IMG/VR virus record: IMGVR_UViG_3300021964_006850
Reading direction: 5' to 3' (one strand)
DNA length: 64,000 bases
Source of the DNA: an uncultured virus (IMG/VR IMGVR_UViG_3300021964_006850)
Taxonomy: Duplodnaviria; Heunggongvirae; Uroviricota; Caudoviricetes
Notes under the pieces: model-generated
What the model was told of the DNA's origin: nothing
The model's database searches: none
The model's input: the letters and a program-made list of their open reading frames with translations, nothing else
Shown here: one piece after another, positions 9,496 through 18,533 of the stretch
Numbering within the stretch: position 1 is the first letter of the stretch
How the letters are laid out: each line of letters starts with the position of its first letter
Translations under genes and position numbers: made by a program

Positions 9496-10033
9496 TCATT
9501 TCTCCAAAAGTTTCAGTATTCACAACTCTAACATCTAAACTTTTATTAGATGCTATAGCCGCATACAATCTTGTTCTGCCATCAATTACGTATCTTCCAC
9601 TATCTAAATCTATTACTAACGGTGGTCGACAAGTTCTGTTTTCAACTGCTTCAAGAATTGGCTCTAAAGGAAATTCTCTTTCTCTGTAATCACGTTTATC
9701 ACGTAATTGCATTTCCTTAACATATGCTTCTTTGTAACCGTCTTTTCCTCTAATGTCTTTTAATCGCATAAACATATAAGGATCCTCCGGCATATTTGCT
9801 AAGTTATTTAAGCCAATAATTTCGTCAACTGACATATTTTGGACAACTACTTTTTCAAGTATTTTACCCATTCTTTTTGCTACATCCTCACGTAGATAAT
9901 CTTCTGTTGGTACATACCTTTGTTTATTACCTAAATTAACAGGTAAACTGTGTACAAAGTCTTTTACATCAGGCTCTGGACAACCAATTAATTCATATGC
10001 ATCTAAAAAGTTTTCGTCTTGTAATTCGCTCAT
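9482..10033 (-). CDS. ParB/Srx-like domain protein
   Basis: PPLVI...YVIDGRTRLYAA resembles the ParB IDG.HR motif; start reassigned to ATGA-coupled MSELQD. Confidence 0.55.
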   Translation of the reverse strand: MSELQDENFLDAYELIGCPEPDVKDFVHSLPVNLGNKQRYVPTEDYLREDVAKRMGKILEKVVVQNMSVDEIIGLNNLANMPEDPYMFMRLKDIRGKDGYKEAYVKEMQLRDKRDYREREFPLEPILEAVENRTCRPPLVIDLDSGRYVIDGRTRLYAAIASNKSLDVRVVNTETFGEMNDKN

Positions 10034-10218
10034 ACTGATAATGATCCTACTGGTTTGCACACATATTTTACAGTATCCCAGTCACCATCAATAGGAAGTT
10101 CTGTGTAAACAGGTAGCATACTTTCACATTCTATTTGAGAGTCAAAACGTTGCACATCTTGTTCTATACAAGTTGATCCTAAACAAACTGTAAGTAAGAT
10201 ATGCCAAATAAAATCCAT
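10030..10218 (-). CDS. small secreted/membrane hypothetical protein
   Basis: hydrophobic N-terminus, four Cys; coupled to upstream stop. Confidence 0.55.
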   Translation of the reverse strand: MDFIWHILLTVCLGSTCIEQDVQRFDSQIECESMLPVYTELPIDGDWDTVKYVCKPVGSLSV

Positions 10219-11198
10219 TATGCATACCTTGCATTTAGAGGTTCGCTGTAACTCTGCACTTGTTCTGAAATTCTATTAAGTTCGTGTTTAGCACAAAACT
10301 TCATAAGTTTTACACCAACTTGTGCAACTTCTTTAGGCTTACTATTATCTGAAATAACCTGTGCTAAGATTTGTTTAATTTCATCTGGCTGTGCAGACAA
10401 ATCACAAAGTGTTACATTACGTTGATAGTCTTCAAGCACACGATGTTCTACACCTTCGTGATCGATCCAACGTTGTAGCATCATGTTATTCCAATTGTAA
10501 CCTTTGCTATCTTTATCAGCAAATGCTTCTTTTAAGCCTACTTTGTTCTTAGTGCCTTTTACTCTAACACCAGGATATGCTGAGAACACGTTATCACTTG
10601 TGTCACCACGCATACACTTTTCAAAAAGTAACCATTGCGGATCGGGTGCCGCCTTAGGCTCGTTAGTCTTTTTATCAATTACAGATTTACCCTTGTCATC
10701 AAAGTAACCTTCATGTGTAATTGTTACATTCTGTACACCATTGTATTGACGTACATTAGGTGCAATAAGTTGTGCAAAGTCGCCATCAGTTGAAATAATA
10801 ATGTGACTGTCATTAGGGTGTGATTGAACCCAACCTGCAATTAAATCATCTGCTTCGAGTTGCGGGTGTTGTAAAACAGTACAATTAGTTTTGTTTGTAA
10901 CAAAGTCTTTAAACTCGTCAAACATTTCCCAGAATACTTCTTCTTCCTCTTGCTGACTTACAGTAAGTGCCGCACGAGCATCACTTCTATTTCTTTTGTA
11001 AGGCTCATAATAATCTTTACGCCAACTACGTCCTTCAAGACAAAATATAACATGACTGCCGTCGAAGTCTTGCCATGCTTTTCTAATGCCGTTCAACGTA
11101 ATATGAAAAGCCATACCAACTTTATCTGTAAGGTTACCTCGTACTACGTGTCTTGCACGAAAGAAAGTATTAGCAGTATCTACAAGAATATAGTTCAT
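10218..11198 (-). CDS. rnh: 5'-3' exonuclease / T4 RNase H-like flap nuclease
   Basis: ILVD, YKRNR, EADDLI, ISTDGDFAQL, GDTSDNV motifs of the FEN/5' nuclease family. Confidence 0.85.
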   Translation of the reverse strand: MNYILVDTANTFFRARHVVRGNLTDKVGMAFHITLNGIRKAWQDFDGSHVIFCLEGRSWRKDYYEPYKRNRSDARAALTVSQQEEEEVFWEMFDEFKDFVTNKTNCTVLQHPQLEADDLIAGWVQSHPNDSHIIISTDGDFAQLIAPNVRQYNGVQNVTITHEGYFDDKGKSVIDKKTNEPKAAPDPQWLLFEKCMRGDTSDNVFSAYPGVRVKGTKNKVGLKEAFADKDSKGYNWNNMMLQRWIDHEGVEHRVLEDYQRNVTLCDLSAQPDEIKQILAQVISDNSKPKEVAQVGVKLMKFCAKHELNRISEQVQSYSEPLNARYA

Positions 11199-11407
11199 TT
11201 TTTATCCTTAAAATATTTTTCACTGTACCATTTATAAAATGCAGGATCAGTAAAAACCTCTGCAACATGACTTGCTGGAACTTGGTCACTTCTAATACAC
11301 ATAGCAAGAGATTCATATTCATACGTATCTACTTTACGTTTCATAGGTTTATCTTTAAAATTCTCTGCCAATGTCTTAACCATTCTATAGTTCTTTTCCG
11401 AATCCAT
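11195..11407 (-). CDS. hypothetical protein (probably leaderless mRNA)
   Basis: ATG 6 nt downstream of a consensus -10 box. Confidence 0.6.
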   Translation of the reverse strand: MDSEKNYRMVKTLAENFKDKPMKRKVDTYEYESLAMCIRSDQVPASHVAEVFTDPAFYKWYSEKYFKDKK

Positions 11408-11413
11408 AGTCAT

Positions 11414-11442
11414 ATTATACTATTTTTTAGGTGTGTTGTCAA
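11414..11442 (-). promoter_or_regulatory. sigma70 promoter TTGACA-N17-TATAAT
   Basis: perfect consensus read on minus strand. Confidence 0.8.
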
Positions 11443-12130
11443 CCTGTTGTTTTGCTTTTTCTTGAACTTCTTTTAGAACTTCTTGGTTCATAAAAGGAAT
11501 AGCATTCATTTCTTTGTGATCAAAACTGTTGGTTAACCTTAGATCAAATGCAACACTAATACGAACATCATCTCTTGTATGTGGTTCTACATAGTGAGGT
11601 GTACAACTTGGAAAAATAACACATCCACCTTTTTTATTAGGTAGTGCAATTTTTGATTCAGGATCAAAGTTTGAATGATATACAGTGTTTGTATGATAAT
11701 CTCCAAAGTGCATATTACCACTTAGATAAGAATCAGGCTGTGCACCATGTGCGTGTGAGTCCATACCTTCGTCCTTGCGTAAGATATTTGCCCAACAAAC
11801 AATCTGTAAGTCTTTTAATTCTAATTGCTGTTTCTGTACATATTCAAGATATGAATATCTTAAAAAGGTTAACAGTTCTTTGAAAGCAGGTTCGTCTTGT
11901 TCTAACAAATTATATCTACCAAAACGTGTAGTAATATGATTTTCGTTTAAACCTGTGCCACCAGTATTAGTATATTCATAATCAAGAATAGTTTTTTCGT
12001 TCTTTTCAATCCACTCGTGAATTTTATTCACGTGTTCAAGATCAGTCCAGTTTGTAAGCCAAAGTGGAATATTCCAACTTGGAGCAAACTCTGTTTGTGG
12101 GTGATAACTTTTAATTCTAATTATCGACAT
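11420..12130 (-). CDS. putative 2OG-Fe(II) oxygenase (TIGR02466-like)
   Basis: WANI...HAH...LSGNMH...IFPS..PHYV...RISVAFD. Confidence 0.75.
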   Translation of the reverse strand: MSIIRIKSYHPQTEFAPSWNIPLWLTNWTDLEHVNKIHEWIEKNEKTILDYEYTNTGGTGLNENHITTRFGRYNLLEQDEPAFKELLTFLRYSYLEYVQKQQLELKDLQIVCWANILRKDEGMDSHAHGAQPDSYLSGNMHFGDYHTNTVYHSNFDPESKIALPNKKGGCVIFPSCTPHYVEPHTRDDVRISVAFDLRLTNSFDHKEMNAIPFMNQEVLKEVQEKAKQQVDNTPKK

Positions 12131-12498
12131 TACTTAACCTCCGATTTACCGTCGCCGATATTTTTTGTGTTAATAAATCCTGCACCGCGATCGGGATCAT
12201 GTCCTTCGTCAGCAAGAACATTTCTTGCAAGATCTTTAAACCACATATCAACAATTTCTTCATTTGATTCACCTGAATAACCTGCATCAAGTAATTGTTC
12301 AATAAATTCATTGTTCCAATCAAGTTCAAAGAAACCATTGCGAATGTTATCTTTGTTAACCTGTGTATCAAGTACACCAACCCAAGGTTTCTTAGCCTTA
12401 GTTGCGGCTTCTTTTTCTTTCATCATCAAGTCACGATGTGAAAGTTCTTTTTCATTCGTGCTTGGTTTTTTAAACATATTTTTTAATTTATCCATCAT
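12130..12498 (-). CDS. hypothetical protein
   Basis: 122 aa; AAAGGA SD; coupled to downstream gene. Confidence 0.7.
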   Translation of the reverse strand: MMDKLKNMFKKPSTNEKELSHRDLMMKEKEAATKAKKPWVGVLDTQVNKDNIRNGFFELDWNNEFIEQLLDAGYSGESNEEIVDMWFKDLARNVLADEGHDPDRGAGFINTKNIGDGKSEVK

Positions 12499-12552
12499 AA
12501 TAGTCCTTTCTCTCTTAATTCATCATCAAGAGGTTTGCTTGATTTTTGTTCT

Positions 12553-13449
12553 TTACGTTCCCCACGCATTTCCGAAGATGTCGACGTGTAGTCTGGGTGT
12601 ATAGCGCCAACCTCGCTCCATTGCCAATGTTGCGACTCCTCTGGTGTTGAGTTTGTATTCTTCCGATCTGCCACCCAAGGGCATAACGTATACAGGGCAA
12701 TCAATCCCTTCTTTGCGGAATGCATCAACTGCTTTAGATACTTCGTCCACATCATATTCATCAGCGACCACAAACTTGAAATACATATCACTATTAGGAA
12801 TGTCGTAGTAACTACGAGCAATGTCAGGCTTGATAGCAGTATCCCAAGGCTCTCCGCTAACGGAAAGTTTTGGACTGCACGACCAAGTGACTTTGAATCT
12901 GTTTTGAGTTTCAAGGTATTCTCGGAAATCATCTCTGAGAGTTTGTGTTGTATTTGTTTCAAACGTAACATTTTTTAGATCCTCCATACGAGGGTGTTCG
13001 AATAGTTCGGCGTAAAATCTTTGCCACCCTAACAAAGGTTCACCACCTGTTAAAATAAAATGAACATCCTGTCCATTATCCATTGTCCACTTACCTTGCG
13101 GAGTAAGACTTAAAATATGCTCAACAACTTCGTCAACTGTTCTATCGTTCATAAACTTCTTAAACTCAGGATAGATACTTGCATAAGTATCACAGCCTGT
13201 ATGTACAATAGGCAAGTCTTCAAATTTCTTAACTTTGTCAGTAACACCATCATCAAGCAATGCTTTGACTTCGCTATTGTGTTTAACACCATTAGCAAGT
13301 TTTTCATCACGCATAGGTTCACCTCTTGCTAAACCAAAGTTCATGCAACGGAAGTTACAACCAAATGTTCTTAAGAATACAGAAGGAACACCAACAAAGC
13401 GTCCTTCTCCTTGCACACTATAAAATGCTTCACTATATCTTAGTTTCAT
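12553..13449 (-). CDS. queE: 7-carboxy-7-deazaguanine synthase (radical SAM)
   Basis: EAFYSVQGEG..G.PSVFLRTFGCNFRC...CDT, LTGGEPL, FETN, SPKL, PRLHV; next to folE. Confidence 0.9.
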   Translation of the reverse strand: MKLRYSEAFYSVQGEGRFVGVPSVFLRTFGCNFRCMNFGLARGEPMRDEKLANGVKHNSEVKALLDDGVTDKVKKFEDLPIVHTGCDTYASIYPEFKKFMNDRTVDEVVEHILSLTPQGKWTMDNGQDVHFILTGGEPLLGWQRFYAELFEHPRMEDLKNVTFETNTTQTLRDDFREYLETQNRFKVTWSCSPKLSVSGEPWDTAIKPDIARSYYDIPNSDMYFKFVVADEYDVDEVSKAVDAFRKEGIDCPVYVMPLGGRSEEYKLNTRGVATLAMERGWRYTPRLHVDIFGNAWGT

Positions 13450-13616
13450 TCTTTCACCTGTACTAATGGCTCATTGTAATATGAGTCGTTATAGTCGCCA
13501 CCCTTTTGGTATTGACGTACAGACGTGTCTTTTACAAGACGTCCGTCTTTGATAGTGTAGGTAGTGTAAATCTCTTTGATTACACCTTCCTTAGATCTTT
13601 CTATATGCGATTTCAT
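13446..13616 (-). CDS. small hypothetical protein
   Basis: 56 aa from MKSHIER, fills gap between folE and queE with ATGA coupling. Confidence 0.55.
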   Translation of the reverse strand: MKSHIERSKEGVIKEIYTTYTIKDGRLVKDTSVRQYQKGGDYNDSYYNEPLVQVKE

Positions 13617-13626
13617 TGGGCCTTCC

Positions 13627-14313
13627 TTAATCACGTGCAAACTCCTGTTGTAATTTGATATTATCCATAAATTCTTTTTTAGTACCTGGATCATCAGCAA
13701 ACGCACCTTTAAGCACAGTTGTCTGTGTTAAACTACTTTTTGCCATAATACCTCTGTTCTCACAACAACCATGTGTTGCTTGAACATATACACCTACGTT
13801 CTTTGAACCTGTTGATTTCATAATCTCACGAGCAATATCATTATTAAGTTCTTCTTGTAGTGTACCACGTCTTGCACACCATTGTGCAATTCTTGTGTAT
13901 TTTGATAAACCAATAAGTGTATCGGCGGCAATAATACCAATGTATGCTACACCGCCTACTGGCTGATGATGATGTGAACAAACACTTTTAAGTTCACTTC
14001 TAACAACCAACATACCTTTATATCCATCGTCTATGTGATTAGGAAATGCAGTAGCATTAGGCATAGGGTTATACCTACCACTCATTAGTTCATTGTAATA
14101 CATTTTTGCAAGACGTCTTGCAGTATCTTGTGAATTTGGATCGTTATGACGATCAATGATCAACCTATCAAGAACAGATTCAAAAGCCTCTGTTGCTTCA
14201 TCTATCAAAATATCTTTTTCGCCTTTAAAAATATATTCTGATATATTATCTCCTGCCCAATAACGTTTGTTATTGTCTGTGATACGTTTTGTTACTTCTT
14301 CATATTTTTTCAA
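13627..14313 (-). CDS. folE: GTP cyclohydrolase I
   Basis: TARRLAKMY, SVCSHH, GLSKYTRI, LQEEL, HGCCENRG motifs; TTG start with GGAG SD. Confidence 0.92.
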   Translation of the reverse strand: MKKYEEVTKRITDNNKRYWAGDNISEYIFKGEKDILIDEATEAFESVLDRLIIDRHNDPNSQDTARRLAKMYYNELMSGRYNPMPNATAFPNHIDDGYKGMLVVRSELKSVCSHHHQPVGGVAYIGIIAADTLIGLSKYTRIAQWCARRGTLQEELNNDIAREIMKSTGSKNVGVYVQATHGCCENRGIMAKSSLTQTTVLKGAFADDPGTKKEFMDNIKLQQEFARD

Positions 14314-14357
14314 TTTACTTCTCCGAGTTATAGACGTGGATGTCTATTATTGTTTAC

Positions 14358-14386
14358 ATTATATACTTTATTTAGGTTTTTGTCAA
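14358..14386 (-). promoter_or_regulatory. sigma70 promoter TTGACA-N17-TATAAT with CTAAATA in spacer
   Basis: perfect consensus upstream of folE. Confidence 0.8.
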
Positions 14387-14399
14387 GTATATTATGCAC

Positions 14400-14606
14400 T
14401 TAAAAATACTTTTTGAGCATTTCGATTTGATCATCATATTCTGCTACAATGTTCAATTCTTTTTCAATTGCTTCAAGAATATCAGGATGTTCTCCAACAC
14501 CTGCCGCATTATGGAAATATACTTCAATATTTGCTTTGTGCTTTGCAATATGTCCTTCTGCGTGTTTGATCATTGCTTCTTTCATTAGTTCTCTATCGTA
14601 GGCCAT
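14400..14606 (-). CDS. small helical hypothetical protein
   Basis: 68 aa, AGVGEHPDI core. Confidence 0.7.
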   Translation of the reverse strand: MAYDRELMKEAMIKHAEGHIAKHKANIEVYFHNAAGVGEHPDILEAIEKELNIVAEYDDQIEMLKKYF

Positions 14607-14608
14607 TT

Positions 14609-15418
14609 TTATTCCTTTCCTATGTTTGGGATAAATTCATTTGCAATTAATTGGTGAGCCTCTACATTGTAGTGTTCGTCATCAATTGTGAATGAACCTG
14701 CATTGCTTCTACTTTCCAAAAACTCTCTAACGTTTTGGTTAGTAACTTTACCATATGAACAGTCACCAAGCATATTTAGATCTTTAGGTAACCAAGTGTC
14801 CTCGTTAATGGCAAAGATTTTTAATTCTGCATTGTTTTCTTTGCAGAGTGTATTCCAAAGATATACTTCTTTGAAAAAACTTCTTTGTGCTACAACAGTC
14901 ATTAGTTCATACCACGCCTTCAGTCTTTGATATCCTTCTTGTTGTAGATTAGGGTCTTGAATATCAAAAGGGTCAAATGTAAAACCTATTGCCGGATTTA
15001 TTGCATAGTCTCCTGAAACAGTGATTCTGCCCCCGTCAAAACTTTTACCTTCATTGTGCCACATATTGATATTGTAGCAGTCGATACGTCCTTTTGTTTC
15101 TTCTAAATTCATATGACGTTCAAGTGGTACTATGTTTTCATAATGACACGGATTTTGAAATCCGAATCGATATCTGTTCCAATATGTTTGTTGAATTATA
15201 ACTTCATCAATATCATTATATTTTTTAAATAGAAATGCAAGACGTTCACTGTAATCATACCAACCTCTACCAGGACAAGCAAAAATTACTCCGTCTTTAT
15301 TTTGATTGTTAATATAAATTTCTGCCCAGTTGTTATCATTCCAACGATCACGTGTACCTTTGGTTTGAGAGTAACTATACCCTGCACTATGACTACAACC
15401 TATTACGGCAGTTCTCAT
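14609..15418 (-). CDS. SGNH/GDSL-like hydrolase or acyltransferase
   Basis: N-terminal IGCSHSAG and C-terminal DDEHY..AH match SGNH blocks I and V. Confidence 0.5.
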   Translation of the reverse strand: MRTAVIGCSHSAGYSYSQTKGTRDRWNDNNWAEIYINNQNKDGVIFACPGRGWYDYSERLAFLFKKYNDIDEVIIQQTYWNRYRFGFQNPCHYENIVPLERHMNLEETKGRIDCYNINMWHNEGKSFDGGRITVSGDYAINPAIGFTFDPFDIQDPNLQQEGYQRLKAWYELMTVVAQRSFFKEVYLWNTLCKENNAELKIFAINEDTWLPKDLNMLGDCSYGKVTNQNVREFLESRSNAGSFTIDDEHYNVEAHQLIANEFIPNIGKE

Positions 15419-15813
15419 TATACACAGTCTCCTATATCTCGAAATAACCTTGGTTGTTTTGAATCCCTAATTGTATATTTTTGCTTTTCGGGAATAACTC
15501 CACGTACACCACCTTTAGGATCTGCCATATCACCTTTGCGTCTTGGAATTAAATGTATGTGTGGCCACATAACAGTTTGGCCTGCTTCCTTACCAACATT
15601 CTGTCCAATGTTATATGAATCACAGTAACCTTTCTGGACCCAATCGTAACCCCAAGCATATGCGGCTTTGTAACATTTTTCTAAATGTTCCCAGTCTTCT
15701 ACTTTAGGTACAAAAAGAACGTGACCTTCTGTAACTGGAAAGCCATCACGAAATACTGTATAATCTCTTGTATCAATTAATACATCTTTCCATGGTACAT
15801 CTTTAAATTCCAT
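15418..15813 (-). CDS. HIT-family nucleotide hydrolase
   Basis: FPVTEGHVLFVPK, AGQTVMWPHIHLIPR; start reassigned to MEFKDVPW. Confidence 0.85.
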   Translation of the reverse strand: MEFKDVPWKDVLIDTRDYTVFRDGFPVTEGHVLFVPKVEDWEHLEKCYKAAYAWGYDWVQKGYCDSYNIGQNVGKEAGQTVMWPHIHLIPRRKGDMADPKGGVRGVIPEKQKYTIRDSKQPRLFRDIGDCV

Positions 15814-15814
15814 A

Positions 15815-16549
15815 TTAATACTCCTGTTTCCATACAGCGGCACTAAAACCTTTTCCGTTAGTATCGCCGCCATTGTTATCAACTTCGACGCCGTCATATG
15901 TAATACCACGCACAACGTCTTCCCCATTTGTTGTTTCACTGTACTGTATTTTTAGTTTTTTAGGATCAAATGCTCCAACTGTTTCTACAATACCATCAAA
16001 GAATGTACCTTTTTCTAACGAAAGCATTTGTACAATGTATGTGCCTTTGTCTGGATAGGTATCCTCAACACCGTCAAGAATTTCAGTTTCCCAATCAGTT
16101 TCTTCACTAATAGTGTTTGTCCAGTCATTTAGCGATTCGTTTTCAACAACAGTGTTAAGATGTTTGCTGTTGTATTCAGCACTATCTACTTCGTTTATTT
16201 CAATGTTAGCACTATCAGTTGATACAGTCTGTATATGTTCGAATTCGTTTGGCATTTCGTACCATTGACTACAAGCACCTATGCCTTCTTCGTCATCGCT
16301 TAGAAAGTTTGCTTCTGGTGGTACACTGTCTATATCTTCAAAATCAAATGTACCTTCTTCTGCGTTCAGCATATAGTTTACAAGATCATTGTAGCCATGT
16401 TCATCAGTTACTGACTTCCAAAAATCATGTGCTTCTTTTGAAATACTTGCATATGCGTGTTCTGCACCATATCCCCAAAGTTGTATATGATAGTAACGAG
16501 GACCTTTGATTGTATCAACGAGTTCTTGTTTTTCTTCTGGAGTTGCCAT
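15815..16549 (-). CDS. acidic hypothetical protein
   Basis: 244 aa, very D/E rich. Confidence 0.75.
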   Translation of the reverse strand: MATPEEKQELVDTIKGPRYYHIQLWGYGAEHAYASISKEAHDFWKSVTDEHGYNDLVNYMLNAEEGTFDFEDIDSVPPEANFLSDDEEGIGACSQWYEMPNEFEHIQTVSTDSANIEINEVDSAEYNSKHLNTVVENESLNDWTNTISEETDWETEILDGVEDTYPDKGTYIVQMLSLEKGTFFDGIVETVGAFDPKKLKIQYSETTNGEDVVRGITYDGVEVDNNGGDTNGKGFSAAVWKQEY

Positions 16550-16550
16550 T

Positions 16551-17078
16551 TTAGTATTCTCCTACATTTTCCCAGGGATATACTAACCATACATCCTTTT
16601 CTGCTTTGTTTACTTCATGACACCAGTAATGTACGTTATCAAATTCACTGCTTAAATTTTCTGTCAATGTTGCAAAGCGAACATTACCTCCCCAAACGTT
16701 TGCCCAGTTCTCATGATGAGGCAAACAACTGGATTGCCAATCTTCTATAATCCACTTAAATGTAGCACCGGTATCGTTAATATCATCTATAATAAGAATG
16801 TTCTTTTTGTTATCATCAGCATCGCTGTCAGGATAACCAAATGCATCTTCACTCATCCAAAGATTACTTTCACTATCTCTGTTATCATCACGTAGACTTA
16901 CTTTAAGTGCTTCACAACGTATGCCTGTCATGTTTGAAATAATAGTTGCAGGTACATTACCACCACGTGTAATGCCTACAATATAATCAGGACGCCAATT
17001 GTCCTTATACATTTGATTTACAATGCTAACACACATACGTTCTACGTCTTGCCAACTATAAAAGTGTTTCTTAATCAT
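16551..17078 (-). CDS. type I purine phosphoribosyltransferase (xanthine/guanine PRT-like)
   Basis: IVGITRGG, PRPP-binding ILIIDDINDTGAT, WLVYPWE. Confidence 0.85.
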   Translation of the reverse strand: MIKKHFYSWQDVERMCVSIVNQMYKDNWRPDYIVGITRGGNVPATIISNMTGIRCEALKVSLRDDNRDSESNLWMSEDAFGYPDSDADDNKKNILIIDDINDTGATFKWIIEDWQSSCLPHHENWANVWGGNVRFATLTENLSSEFDNVHYWCHEVNKAEKDVWLVYPWENVGEY

Positions 17079-17709
17079 GACCCCTCCTAATTTCTATTAA
17101 GTCTTGATTGCCTTTTTCTACAATAATACCTGTTCCGTTTCCGAAACCTGCATTAACAAATTTAAGTGCAGGAACAAATCTTGCACTTGATCTAAAACCA
17201 GTAGCACTGTGGTTGATACTGCTTTTAAAAAAGCAAAAGCGTCCAGGAATAGGTGCAACACTAATTACAAGTGGATTTGTATTTCCTTGAACATCTTTAA
17301 GTTCATAACCTTCTAAGTCTTCAGTTGTAATAAAAAACTTAGTTTCTCCTTTTTCGTCAGGTTGCCATTTGCTATTACAGTAATATAAAAGTGTCCAATC
17401 ACAATCATCTTTGTGATAGTATGCATCTTCTCCTGTTGCAAAAAAGTTTAAATTACTTCTACGGTATTCTAAACCTTCAAGATCTTCTAATTTTTCTTGC
17501 ACAACATTCCAAATAGTTGACCATGTATGTGTATGTTCAAATTCAAAACATTGTAAACCTGTAGGAGGTTGATCTGGGTTATCTCTGGTACCCCATTTAA
17601 AACTTAAATTTTGTATTTCGTTTTCAAGAATTTGTATAACCTTAGGATTGAAGACATTGTCATATGTTTTGATTAAACCACCAAAATATTCTGTGCGTTT
17701 AATCTCCAT
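17071..17709 (-). CDS. 2OG-Fe(II) oxygenase (prolyl-hydroxylase-like)
   Basis: YHKD, TLLYY.N..W...GET.F, P.PGR..FF.S.I.H, ARF. Confidence 0.75.
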   Translation of the reverse strand: MEIKRTEYFGGLIKTYDNVFNPKVIQILENEIQNLSFKWGTRDNPDQPPTGLQCFEFEHTHTWSTIWNVVQEKLEDLEGLEYRRSNLNFFATGEDAYYHKDDCDWTLLYYCNSKWQPDEKGETKFFITTEDLEGYELKDVQGNTNPLVISVAPIPGRFCFFKSSINHSATGFRSSARFVPALKFVNAGFGNGTGIIVEKGNQDLIEIRRGHD

Positions 17710-18214
17710 GCTTTGCTCCAATACCTAAATACTTCTCATTGTGTATCCACTTGTAACCACGATCCATGTCTTCCGTATCAACGTATGGAAGGAATCCCCA
17801 TTCTTTTTGTTTACGACCCATGTAAAATAAACTTGTGCAAGGAATGTCGTTTCCGTCTTTGTCCTTGGCAAGTTCTAACCAATGTAGATCATCTGCTGTT
17901 CTGTAACGAAAGTGTCCAGGACCTCTCCACACTCTGGTGCTACCTACTACGCCACCTGTGGTTTCATTGTGTAACGGAATGTGTTCCCAGTATCCACCTT
18001 TTAAAATAAGTGTAGCATAACTCCAAGGATGATCATGTAATGTAGGTTCATCTCCTACAAGAATTTTATGTAGTGTAATGTTGAAAGGAAATCTCTTTCT
18101 GTCTTTTAGAAAAATGTAATATCTAATAAGATACGGAACCTTTCCATCTCTGTCGTAGATAGTTCTTTTACGTCCTAATAGTTCCATTAATTTAGAAAGG
18201 AATTTCATCATCAC
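17699..18214 (-). CDS. cupin-like hypothetical protein
   Basis: LHDHPW..TLILKGGYWE...LHWLEL...KEWGF. Confidence 0.6.
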   Translation of the reverse strand: MMMKFLSKLMELLGRKRTIYDRDGKVPYLIRYYIFLKDRKRFPFNITLHKILVGDEPTLHDHPWSYATLILKGGYWEHIPLHNETTGGVVGSTRVWRGPGHFRYRTADDLHWLELAKDKDGNDIPCTSLFYMGRKQKEWGFLPYVDTEDMDRGYKWIHNEKYLGIGAKHGD

Positions 18215-18533
18215 CTCTGTTTTTATAGTCGTCCTTGACTAAGTTGTATACTTCAATAAACTTTTGGTATTGAATTTTAAGTGCTGGATATATTTCAATC
18301 ATCTTTTCCAGTTCGTATTCGTTTGGCCATTTTCCTGGACCGGCATCGTAATCTTCAAAAGTATATGTTGGCGAAAAAGAAGGCGAATCATATGTTGATG
18401 TATATTCATCATTGTTAAGAGAAATAGTAAAAGTACCATCTGTTTCAGATAAACTATCTTTGTTTATAGCAATACCATCAATACTGCCTTCTGTAGAATA
18501 TGTGACAGAATACTTATCGTCTTCATTATCCAT
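18192..18533 (-). CDS. hypothetical protein
   Basis: 113 aa, acidic, ends DDEIPF. Confidence 0.65.
   Translation of the reverse strand: MDNEDDKYSVTYSTEGSIDGIAINKDSLSETDGTFTISLNNDEYTSTYDSPSFSPTYTFEDYDAGPGKWPNEYELEKMIEIYPALKIQYQKFIEVYNLVKDDYKNRGDDEIPF

Noticed and set aside
12495..12971. 158-aa minus-strand ORF overlapping queE
   Set aside because: Alternative frame inside a well-supported gene; at most the last 24 codons (12495-12569) could be a real coupled mini-ORF, and I cannot support that
14314..14352. Known preQ1-I or THF-II riboswitch upstream of folE
   Set aside because: Consensus nucleotides and architecture not recognisable; kept only as an unassigned hairpin
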